Shown: positions 53,089-64,000 of the stretch, piece by piece
How positions within the stretch are numbered: the stretch's first letter is position 1
Layout of the letters: the number at the start of each line of letters is the position of its first letter
NCBI GenBank assembly: GCA_023213395.1
Contig: CM041465.1
Coordinates: forward strand, 42,167,741-42,231,740
Direction: 5' to 3'
DNA: 64,000 nucleotides
Source of the DNA: Cycas panzhihuaensis
Lineage: Eukaryota; Plantae; Cycadophyta
Program-made: the position numbers and the translations under genes
Notes under the pieces: model-generated
Told to the model about the DNA's origin: nothing
Seen by the model: only the letters and a program-made list of their open reading frames with translations
The model's database searches: none

Positions 53089-55730
53089 TGTAAGAAAAGT
53101 GACTAATACTCCTTGATTCTATTGCATTGATAAGAATACACATAGATACAAAGAGAACCCCTCAGCATTAGTGACAAGTGTCAGACATGCAAAAAGATGG
53201 GAAAAGATACATGACCCTTAACTATTAGATGCTAAGCCTAAGTTTACAACTTAAGAATAAACATTATTCCTAACACCACCACCACCCCTCCAATGTTTAT
53301 TCTCCTGCTTTAACCCCAATTTGTTGTCTAAAATGTTGGAAGTTTTCTTTTCTAAGTGGTTTGGTGAAAACATCTACTAGTTCTTTTTCACTTACACAAT
53401 ATAATAACTCAATCTCCTTTTGTTGAACTTTTCTTTGATAAAGTGGTGATGGAGCTCAATATATTTGGTTCTAACTTGGAATACTAGACTTCTGGTCATT
53501 TTGATAGTGCTCTAATTGTCACAGAATATTGGAGTAGGAGAAGACTGTGTTTGATTTAGATCTTCCAACATTCTTTCGAGCCAAATGGCCTCACATAAAG
53601 TGCTTATAATAGCTTTATACTCGACTTTTGTTGAAGACAATACAATCATGGATTGTTTCTTGCTACACCAAGAGATGATACCTGTGCCTAGACTAAAGCA
53701 GTCAACAGTGGTGGATTTCCTATCATTGACTTCCCCAAGCTAGTCAAAATTTGTGTATCCAATTAGTTTGACATCTTGAGCTTTTGAATAGTGCAGCCCC
53801 AAATTTAGGGTGCCTTTGATATATCTTAGACTTCTCTTAGTTGCCTTCCAGTGAACTTCTTTGGGAATTGTCATGAATCAAGAAATTATCCCAACAACAT
53901 ATACAATATTAGACCTGGTGATTGTTAAATAAATTAATTAATTACCAATCTTCTACATAGAGTTTCATCCATTGGTTTGCCTCCTCCATCTGTAGTAATT
54001 TTGTTTCCTATCTCCATTGGTGTGACTGCAAGTCTACAATTTTCCATGTTGAAGTCCTCTAAAAGTCTTTTCGCAATCTTAGTTTGACACAAAAAAATAC
54101 CATTATGTTGTTGATCTACTTCAATTCCTAGATAGTAGTGCAAAAGTGCCATATCTGTCATTTCAAAGGATGTACACAAAGTTTGTTTTGGGTCTTGTAT
54201 CCTTTCTTTGTTATCACTAGTGATGAGAAGATCATCTACGTGCAAGACAATTATGGTGATCTTTTTTGTCTTGTGAACATAGAGACCAAAGTCTGCTTTA
54301 CATCTAGTGAACCCATTTTGTTTTAAATGTTGGTCAATCTTATCATACCAAGATCTTGGAGCTTGTCTGAGTCCATACAAGCCCTTTTTGAGTTTGAAAA
54401 CTAGATGCTCTTCTCTATTCTTTGGATAACCGAGAGGTTGTTCCATGTATACTTCTTCTAACAGATCGCCATTAAGGAATGCTCCCTTTACATCAACCTA
54501 GTATACTTTCCAACCATGTTGGGCTGCAATTGCTAGAATTGTTCTAACAATGATCATGTTTGCTATTAGAGCAAAGGTTTCTGTGTAATTTATTCCTTTA
54601 GTTTGAGTGAAGCCACGAGCAACCAAACGAGCTTTGTATTTTTCAATTGTTTCACCTGACTTCTCTTTTGTCTTAAAGACCCATTTGCACCCCACAATGG
54701 GTTTATCTATAGGAGGCGGAAACAAATCCTAAGTGTTGTTTCTATAAATTGTGTTGAATTCTTCATTCATAGCTCTGGTCCATTTTACATCTTTGTTGGC
54801 CTCTTCGTATGTTAGAGGTTCAACATTACATAAGAGAGAGTGTTGTAACTATATCCAAGTCCTTCCTCTTTTTAGATCTTTTGACATTTTGGATACCTAA
54901 ATCTTGCAATGTTTTAAGATACCATATGTTAGTCTTCTTATAGTATTTGATTTTGATTGATGTTATGGTTGTCATCTTGGACATATGTTGGAGCTTCGAA
55001 AGCTGCAAGCAAGCAAGTTGGATATTCTTGTGGTGTTATTTCTTCTTTATCTATCATCTATGGATGAGAGGACAAGAGTTCTTCAGTTATGATGAGGGAC
55101 AAAGACTCGTCAAATGTTACATTTTTGTTTATGATTATTTTGCTTGTTTTCAAATCCAAGCATCTATATGCTTTGGATTTCTCACCATACCCTACAAGAA
55201 TACATTTGATATTTTTGTTTTCCAACTCTTTTCTTTTCTCATCTAGTATATGAACATAGGTTGTATAGCCAAAGATTCATAATGTGAAATATCAAATTTT
55301 TGTTCTATCCATTCTTCTTCAAGAGTTAGTCCCTTTAAAGCTTTAGCAGGACTTCTATTGAGAAGATAAACAATTGTATGTACAACTTTTGCCCAGTATT
55401 TGTTTTTAGAAGAATTTTAGCCATTTCAATGATGGTCATATTCATTCATTCTACAACTCCATACAATTGAGGAGTGTATGCAGTAGTGAGTTGCATCATA
55501 GTTCCATGAACCTTGCAATATTTGTAGAAGTTGTTGGAGGTGAATCCTCCTCCAATGTCTGTACTCGAAACTTTGATCTTTTTATCACTTTCCCTTTCAA
55601 CCTATGCCTTGAATTCTTTAAAGATATTGAATGCTTCTAACTTGTTCTTGAGAAAGTAAACTCATAATTTCCTTGTACAATCATCTATAAATATCAAAGA
55701 GTATTTTTCCCCTCCTATGGAAACAGGCAT
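53089..55730 (-). mobile_element. Ty1/copia 3' portion (3' LTR 53089-53275, PPT, RNase H, RT, integrase), interrupted by a gypsy insertion
   Basis: ORFs 53934-54446 (LYGLRQAPRSWY, HVDD) and 54498-54725; LTR TGTAAG...CCTAACA followed by a C-rich PPT complement. Confidence 0.88.
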
Positions 55731-58014
55731 GCGTGTGCAAAAAATGGAATCAAGGCAGATTTTTGGGTTTGGGAAGTACGATCCAACATGGAAAGTTCAA
55801 CCAAAGGTACAATCAAGAGTTTGATCACAGCTAGAAGTGCAATCGACAACTTGATCACAGTTGAAGGTCTGATCAGAGGTTTGATCCAAGTTTTAATCGC
55901 AGTTCACGTACGACCTGAGATACAATCCGAACCCCAATCACAGTTTTGGTATGACCCAATGTATGACCAGAATGTCAATCGCAACTGTAAGTCTGATTAG
56001 TAGTGCGACCAATTATTTGAACATAGTTCAAGTGCAATTCGAAGTACAATCAACAACCTGATCGTAGTTCAAAGTGGGACCAAAGACTTGGAAAATCACT
56101 TGATTATATTTTCACATGTGATTAAATCAGTCAACAAAGAGTTAGTTGAAAGTTCGGCTATAACTGAATGTATTCTTCTTGTATAAGTAAAGATTGTATG
56201 TAAGACGTTGTATTCTGTTGCATAGGATTTCTATCTTTCTTATTGTAGTGGCTCATTGTCACACCTCTATAGCAACTTCCATATTGCATTGTTCGGGACT
56301 ACATCTAGTTGTGAGAGAACTAGACATAATGCCCTCTTGGAATAAAGAGTTTGTTTTGCATTCCTAGATTGATGTGTATATCATGATGTATGTGCTCACT
56401 TTATCTACATGAATGGTTAGAACGTTTGCCCAGTATCTGTTTAGAACATTTCTTACTTTCAAAAGGTCTTTAGCCATTTCAGTGATGGCCATATTCTTTC
56501 GTTCAACAACTCCATATGATTGAGGAGTGTATACATGAAAGACGAAATGGAGACAATATAGGAGCTAGAATCTATTGAGAAGCTGGAGAGGACATCGAAA
56601 TATGAAGGACAATACACTTAGATTAAAGAAACGGTGTAGTACAACATAAAAGATAATAGGGAGGAGTATTGCACGTCAACTCAACCTATCACAACATACA
56701 AGTATGAAGGAGAATTCCTCTCAACACTTCACCTACAAGAGACACTTACAGCAGCATAACTCTTACTCAAAATACTATATGCCAAAACATGATAATAGGG
56801 CTCCTTATAAAGGAGTATGGACGATCAAGATCTCAACACATGTCACTGATCAAAACTAAGAGCCAAATCTGATTAGGACTCTTCTATCTCCAAGGATAAG
56901 GATAGAGCCCACAAAAGTTGACTTCTCACAAGCACATGTGAGAAAAGTCACTACAAGACAAAAGACAATTTTATAATCCAACAAATGAACACTTTAGGAT
57001 AAAGGGCTTAAAGTGACAAAAATATTAATACACAAGGTCAAGACTTAATGCTTAGGAATGAAGGTTCTAACAATACAGTGGTGAGTTGCATCATGGTTCC
57101 ATGAACCTTGCAATATTTGTAGAAGTTGTTGGAGGTGAATCCTCCTCCATTGTTTTTACTCGAAACTTTGATCTTTTTATCACTTTCCTTTTCAACCTAT
57201 ACCTTGAATTCATTAAAGATATTGAATGCTTCTAACTTGTTCTTGAGAAAGTAAACTCATGATTTCCTTGTACAATCATCTATAAATGTCAATAAGTATC
57301 TTGCCCATCCTATGGAAATAGGCATGTGTGTGCAAAAAATGCAAGAACCTTTCTAGGTTTGGGAAGTACAATCCAACGTGTAAAGTTCAATCAAAAGTAC
57401 AATCCAAAGTTTGTTCACAACTAGAAGTGCAAAGAACGACTTGATCACAATTGAAGGTCTAATCAGAGGTACGATCCAAGCTCTGATCACAGTTCAGGTA
57501 CAACCTGATATACAATCTGAACCCCAATCGCAGTTTAGGTATGACCCAATGTATGACTAGAATGCCAATCACAACTGTAAGTTTGAATGGTAGTGTGACC
57601 AATTACTTGATCATAGTTCAAGTGCAATTTGAAGTATGATTAGAAACCTAATCGCAGTTCAAAGTGGGACCAAAGACTTAGAAAATCACTTGATTAGATT
57701 TTAACATGTGATTAAATCAGTCAGCAAAGAGTTAGTTGATAGTTCAGTTATAAACTGAATGTATGCTTCTTGTATAAGCAAAGATTGTATGTATGACATT
57801 GTTGTATTTCATTGTGTAGGATTTCTATCTTTCGTGTTGTAGCGGCTCATTATCGCATCTCTATAACAACTTCCATATTGTATTGTTCAAGACTGCATCT
57901 AGTTGTGAGAGAGCTAGACATAGTGCCCTCTTGGAATAAAGAGTTTGCTTTGCATTCCTAGATTGATGTGTATATCATGATGTATGTGCTCACTTTATCT
58001 ACATGAATGGTTAG
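55384..58014. repeat. Tandem duplication of ~1.04 kb spanning a copia integrase/gypsy LTR junction (units 55384-56420 and 56421-58014)
   Basis: Both units run from AAC.TTTGCCCAGTAT to CATGAATGGTTAG; unit 2 also carries a solo LTR. Confidence 0.9.
56536..57072 (-). mobile_element. Solo LTR of the same copia family as 22090-32779
   Basis: Reverse complement of the TGTTAGAACCTTCATTCC...CTTTCA LTR; perfect TSD ATACA (56531-56535, 57073-57077). Confidence 0.95.
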
Positions 58015-61000
58015 TAATTAGTATGCATGGGTAGCATGACACACATTGGTTTCGTTGCCCTATTGAACTTAAGGGAAGAAAGAACGTAAGATAAACATGG
58101 ACAAAGCTGACTGAACGAATGGTCCTTCTGCCATGCCACCAAGGATTATTTTGGAGAGAAAAACTAAGACATGCTAGGAGTGAAGCGAACATTAGGCAAA
58201 GGATAAGGTACAAGTAGGAGTAAGTAAACCTAGGTTCTCAATTACACCCAGAAGGCAAGTAAAGAGGCGACTACTTGTGGGATCAATAGAGGAGAGAAAG
58301 CTGACTCCAAAAGACAAGTCGAAGAAAGGAGACCAAGTTAAAGAGACAACAACTGAAACCCTTGTCTAGCAAGCGACAATCCAAACAAAAGAAGTAAATT
58401 AACAACGTGCAATGGAAGAGGATCCAATTAGTGATGGGAAGTTGCAATCAATACCTGCGAACAAAGAACCATTAGGAAAAATAAAATCATCAAGTGGTGA
58501 AAGTAATTCCATAGTGGTAAAATTATATAGTGCAACTAATGGAGGGCGGGACCATCACCTAGTGGAAATTAGAACTCCTTTTACCCACATTTTGAATCTC
58601 GTTTTTCATAAGATAAGTGAAAAAATTATAGGTTCAATTTTCTCAAGACCCTGTTCTCCATCAGCAGAAGGAAGTTTGGGACCAATGGGGAGTATTGTAG
58701 GGGTTAGTGGCACTTCGCCACTATTACGAAGTGGGACAAGCACACGAGGAGGTAGCTCGTTGCAAAGCACATCATTGCTTACAAATATGGGAGGAGGCAG
58801 CTCGTTGCAAAGCACGTCATTGCTTACAAATATGGGAGGAGGTGGTAATCAGGCATCATCTGGTGGTGCACCTAGAGGAACTGCATTAGGGGGAAAGGGA
58901 CCTAATATTATTAGTGGGGCATAACAAGTAACTCCCCATGTAATTGTCCAGAATGATGCAGCTTTCTCAAATCTACAGTTTGATGGTTCCCATGATCTGG
59001 GTGGTCATTTGGCACTATTTCTCAATGTTAAAAATAAAAAGATTTAGGATCTAGATGAAATTAAGCCGAGATTTTTTCAACATTAAGAGAAGCCGAAATT
59101 TCATTGTTCTAGTATGCCTCAACACAGAACTTAAGTTGGAATCAATTGCAAGTATGTTTCATGGACCGATTTCAAAAGCTCAGATATCCTGTGGCAATTT
59201 TCTAGGCATTAGAAGAAATCAAACAACTTCCAGGAGAGTCAATCAATTATTTCAATGGGCGAATGAGAATTATTATGAATAGAATAGATGTGTCCACTCC
59301 AATCAACCCAATGCTCATATTGAAGTATTTTGTTCAAGGGTTAACCCCTCAGTTGAGGGAAAAGGTAGCTTCACATCCAATGAATAATTATGAACAAGTA
59401 CGAGAATTGGCACTTAAATTCGAAAAATAAATGAAAATGACATATTTACAGTCGGTAACATAGTTGAGTCTAAATTTTCAATTGTACCTAGTTTTTGCCA
59501 AACACCCCAAATGGACATGAGTCTGCAAGAATCTTTGATGAACAATTAGTAGATGAGCTAGACTCCACAAATGGGCTTAAATCCAGAAATGGAAGCCTTG
59601 AAGTGGGAAGTAGAAACACTTAAACAACAAGCATCAATGTCATTGCCAATAGCAATGCAGTAGAATCAAGAGATTGAAAAGCTACAATCTAAACTAGCCT
59701 ACTTGCATCTAGAAAAGTCTAGAGAGAATGTATGGTGCCCCCTGACTTGCAATCAGCAAGGGCATTTAAGAAACAAACTTCAAGAAGTAGGGAAGTAGTG
59801 CGAGATTTATAGGAGAACCAACCATAACACATGGGAGTGTTTCTTTCAACAAGGCCCTAGAGGCCCAGAAGGAAAAGTTTGCAATGTGTTTTTCCAAAAA
59901 TCGATCAAGGAACAGGGAAGCAATATAAGGGAAAACAAAACCAATCAAAATACTTGTGCCAAAGATGGGGGCACTACAGATCAAAATGCCCATTGGAGAA
60001 AAAAGGAGGTGATTTTATTTGCAAAGAATGTAGGCCAATCGATCACGAGTGGGTTAGCTATTCAAAAAATGTTACAATTCAGGCGACCAATTTGATCACA
60101 AAAGTACTAGACAAAGAAAATCCCTCCTCCTTACAGACCCAAGGTGGAAAAGTGCCTATCCACACTGACAATAGGGAATTTTCTAAAGCATGTGGTAGAG
60201 AAACAAAGGCTCCAAAAAGTTGTGAAGATCTTGCAAGAAGATTTGAACAAAGTACAATAGGAGGAGACTCAACAAGACCAATGTTTTAGAGGTCAAATCT
60301 GTAAAAGAAGAACTTCTTCACAGGAATCTTCACAACAAAGATAAGGATTAAATCCATGGCAACAACTCCAATCAGTTCAAGAGTTGTTGATAGAGTTAGG
60401 GGTGACCATCCCAATTGCTATAGTGTTTAGATGGTGGGAAGCAAGTTATTTCCAACAAATTGTCTTTAGACCAGATTGAAAAACCAATGTTGAGGGCACT
60501 AAAAAATAATACGGTGGACCCACGAGTCCCAATAGTAATTCTAGGGACAACTCTATGTAAGACTATTGTGGATGAAGAATCGAATGTAAATGTTTTACCA
60601 AAGACCTCTTAGATAACTCTAGGAAGCCTAAAAGTGGTGGCCCCAAACTATTCCATCAGGCTAGTCAATCAGTTACAACTCAGGCCAATGGGGACTTTGA
60701 TGAATGTCCCTATCACAGTGGCAAGTATAACTGTCTTGATGGACTTTGCAATTGTTCGGATGCAAAGTCAGAAAAAGACCTATCTAGCATGCTTGGTAGG
60801 CCATGGTTCTTGACTACCAAGGCAACCTAGGATTAGGGAAGGTACATATTTATTTTGTCAGTAGAGGGAAAAACAGTTACCCTCCCTCTGTGTTCAGACA
60901 ATCCCCATATTAAAAAAAATAAAGATGTAGAAAAGACCTCTTCCACCACAACAAAGACAGAACCAACAATGAGTCTGTGTTCAGAAATAGCTTATCAAGC

Positions 61001-61985
61001 ACAATCTACACCAAGGTTGTCTAATGAAGTGCTATCTTCATATGTGCTTAATTGCTTGTTGAACACATGGGAGGAGATCGAGCCAACAAACTGCTATCAT
61101 CTAAAGTTATGCCCTAACTCTTCTGAAGATGACAAAGAATGAGACCCAGTAGAAAAGACATTTTTAGATGAGACTTGATAGCATTGCAATGAGGAGAAAG
61201 TTTGATCCAAATTTTTAAGAATGAAGAAGCAACAGAAAAGACAAGTTCAAATGAGACTCAGCACTTGCAGATTGTACAAGGTAATCCTAATCTGTTTAGC
61301 GAAGTTCTAGAAATCTTTTTGTAATTTTGGGAACAAATAAATGGTGTTGAAAAACATTCGGAATCATGTACTTGAATTCTAAATGATAATAAATGGCAAA
61401 AAAGTGTTTGGAGGTATTTATTTCCCTTGTCCCTATCAAGACAAGGTTTTGCTCAGTATTGTATTCATTGTGTGCAAATTAATGATTCGAATGATATGCA
61501 ATAGAAATTTCAAATTAGATATCAGAAAAATAATCTAGAACTTCCAAGGTTCCACAATGGGGATAATCCCCAAAAACATGTCGAATAGTGTGTCCAAATA
61601 TGGAAGGAGAACAATATTTCCAAACATGAATGGACCCATTTATGGGTAGTAATTTTCGAAGGTATTAGCTCAATATAGTATCAATACTGTGAAAAATCGT
61701 AATTAGTAGAATGGGAACCTTTGACAGAAATTTTCTGCCATATTTTTTCATACTAGAGCAAAAATCCTAGGGTGCAAAAAATTTGACTATTTTGAAAACA
61801 AAGATAACTAACTTGATTGTGGAATAGTTTCAAATAGAATCTGTTAGGGAGGAAGGGGAAAAATCAAAACCTGAATCCTTTTCAAAAAAGGATAGTCGAA
61901 GGAGGTTGCAGAACTTTCCTTTTGCATATTCTTTAACAAAATATGGCAATAGAATGATAGATGGAACACTAGGCTATGTACTAAA
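57325..61985 (+). mobile_element. Degenerate Ty3/gypsy element, 5' portion (LTR 57325-58045, PBS, gag, zinc knuckles, protease)
   Basis: TGTGTGT...ACACACA termini, PBS TGGTTTCGTTGCCC 58047-58060, CQRWGHYRSKC, protease-like IVDEESNVNVLP (~60565) and LGRPWF. Confidence 0.8.
58748..58842 (+). repeat. 45-bp tandem duplication in gypsy pre-gag ORF
   Basis: Encodes GGSSLQSTSLLTNMG twice. Confidence 0.9.
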
Positions 61986-64000
61986 TGAAGATTCTTAGAA
62001 AGCATGAATGAACGCATACACATTTACACTCACAAAATCTTTTACCATACACAGTAAGCAAACAAAATAAACACAGAAAACAATTGCACAGTACATAGGA
62101 TATACGTAGGAAACCCTTTTAGGAAAAAAGCCACCACAAAGATCTATCAATCACATTGGTTAACACTTGATTGATGTGAATATACAAGGATTTTAGGATA
62201 TTAATAATCCTTCCAAGAGGCATCAACCAACAAAGGCTACAACTCTCTGCAAACTCACACCATTTTATTAATCACATTAGTTAAACCACCATATTAACAT
62301 TAACAAATGGCTTAACAAACAACTGCCACGTTAACATCCCCCCCTTAATATGAATGTAGGGAACCTCGAACCTACAACAGTTGAGTTATCACAAAGGTTG
62401 GGACTATCTGCTTCTTTATCCTTGTAGATACATCCACCCTCAAGGATAACATCTATGAGTCTCAATCTAGTATGCATCTTTGTGAATCGATATTCAGTAA
62501 GCGCTTTAGCGAAGACGTCTGCAAGTTGATATTCACTCAAACGATAGTCGACCTGTAACTTCCTTGACTTGATTTGTTCATGAATGTAGTGGTGTTGTAT
62601 CTCAATGTACTTCATACGAGCATGAAACTCTAGATTCTTTGACAAGCAAATGGTACTATGATTATCAACGAAAATAATCAAGTTGCCATTTGAAACTCCA
62701 AGAACTTCCAAGAAACCTTACAACCATACAACTTCTTTCGCAACAACATTAAATCCTTGATATTTTGCCTCCATAGAAGATAACACCACCATTTGTTGAT
62801 TCTTTAACTGCCACGAAACAAATCCATTACTGACACCAAAAATGTATCTGACAGTGGATTTATGATAGTCAAAAGTCTCCTTCCCAATCAGCATCAACGT
62901 AGCCATACAACTTTATCTCTTTACCATGAAAGTATTCAAAGCCAAGATTAAGTGTCCCCTTCAAGTACTTTAGAATACGCTTCGTTGCAACCCAATGTGG
63001 TTCTTAAAGATTTTGCATATATCATAAAACCAATCGAACAACATAAGCAATATCTGGTCTGATATGAGTCAAATAGATTATACTCCCTACCAATTGACAG
63101 TACAATGTTCCATCTATAGAGGGTTTGGCCATGTCTTTTTGTAGCCTTGTGCCCTTAGTACATGGTGTTGCAACTAGCTTGCAATCCTGCATCCTAAACT
63201 TTTCCAGTAGGTCACATACTGTGTCTGCAACAACATGATCTGATCTTCTACATGCATGCCTTCAATTCCCAAGAAGTAGTGTAGCGGCTCGAGGTCTGCC
63301 ATATCAAAGGCAGTTCCCAAATTGGACTTGACTCTGACAATAGTCTTATTGCAATTGCCTCCAATGAGTAAATCATCTACACATAACACAATAACTACTA
63401 TTGAGATCCTACTCTTTTTCACATACAGATTCAAGCCCATATCTATAACAACAAATCCTTCTTCCTTCAATTTGGCATATTGATCTTCTCATACCAAGCA
63501 CAGGGTGCTTGTTCCAGACCATAGAGTGATTTCTTCAACTAACACACAAGATGCTCTTGGCCTTTCTTAATGAATCCCAAAGGCTACGACATGTAAAACT
63601 CCTCTTTTAGGTCTCCATTAAGAAATGCGCACTTAATGTCCATCTAGAGTAACTCCCAACCATATGCAGTTGCTAAGCTAGTGATCAAATGGATCGCGGC
63701 TATCTTGGAGACTTGTGCAAATGTCTCCTCATAATCACTTCCCCCCTTAAACCCTTGAGTGACAAGCCTAGCCTTATATTTGTCCACCTCTCCATTAAAG
63801 CAGAACTTTGTCTTGTAGACCCACTTGCATTCATCAAGGTTCTTCGGAGCTAAGGGAACCAAGTCCCATGTGGCATTCTTCATAATTGAGCCATACTCCT
63901 CCTCCATTGCAACCCTCCATTGTGGATCATCCTTCACTTTGTCATATAAAACGGGATCACTGGAGTTGTTGGTGTCTACCTGCAAAGTCCAACTGGCATG
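61986..64000 (-). mobile_element. Ty1/copia 3' portion (3' LTR ending 62336, PPT, RNase H, RT), continuing beyond the window
   Basis: ORFs 62331-62711 (LADVFAKAL), 63174-63470 (CVDDL), 63644-63985 (YKARLV). Left LTR boundary uncertain. Confidence 0.88.

Noticed and set aside
38114-64000. Orientation bias of intronic TEs relative to pGlcT
   Set aside because: Both orientations are well represented.

Overview
Plant nuclear DNA, AT-rich, with heavy C>T/G>A decay. The giant TE-filled intron and old nested LTR elements suggest a large-genome land plant such as a gymnosperm or fern; this is inference. The only intact host gene is the 3' end of a plastidic glucose transporter (pGlcT-type MFS sugar porter): three exons on the minus strand at 37491-38113. 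The next upstream exon is not visible, so 38114-64000 appears to be one intron of more than 25 kb. The rest is a nested retroelement stack: several Ty1/copia elements (two full length with paired LTRs), two L1 LINEs, Ty3/gypsy elements with tRNA-Glu PBS, a gag-only element, a solo LTR and a 301-bp micro-TRIM. Most notable: (1) an intronic gypsy element that is circularly permuted through its single LTR and has no TSD, consistent with integration of a one-LTR circle; (2) inside it, a copia-derived foldback with ~1.37-kb arms and a 45-bp templated patch, a candidate intronic hairpin-siRNA source; (3) a captured antisense fragment of the host PUX8 gene in a copia leader; (4) a hairpin around the PPT/U3 junction conserved in position but not sequence across four copia-type elements. 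Identities are by-eye estimates; no searches were run.
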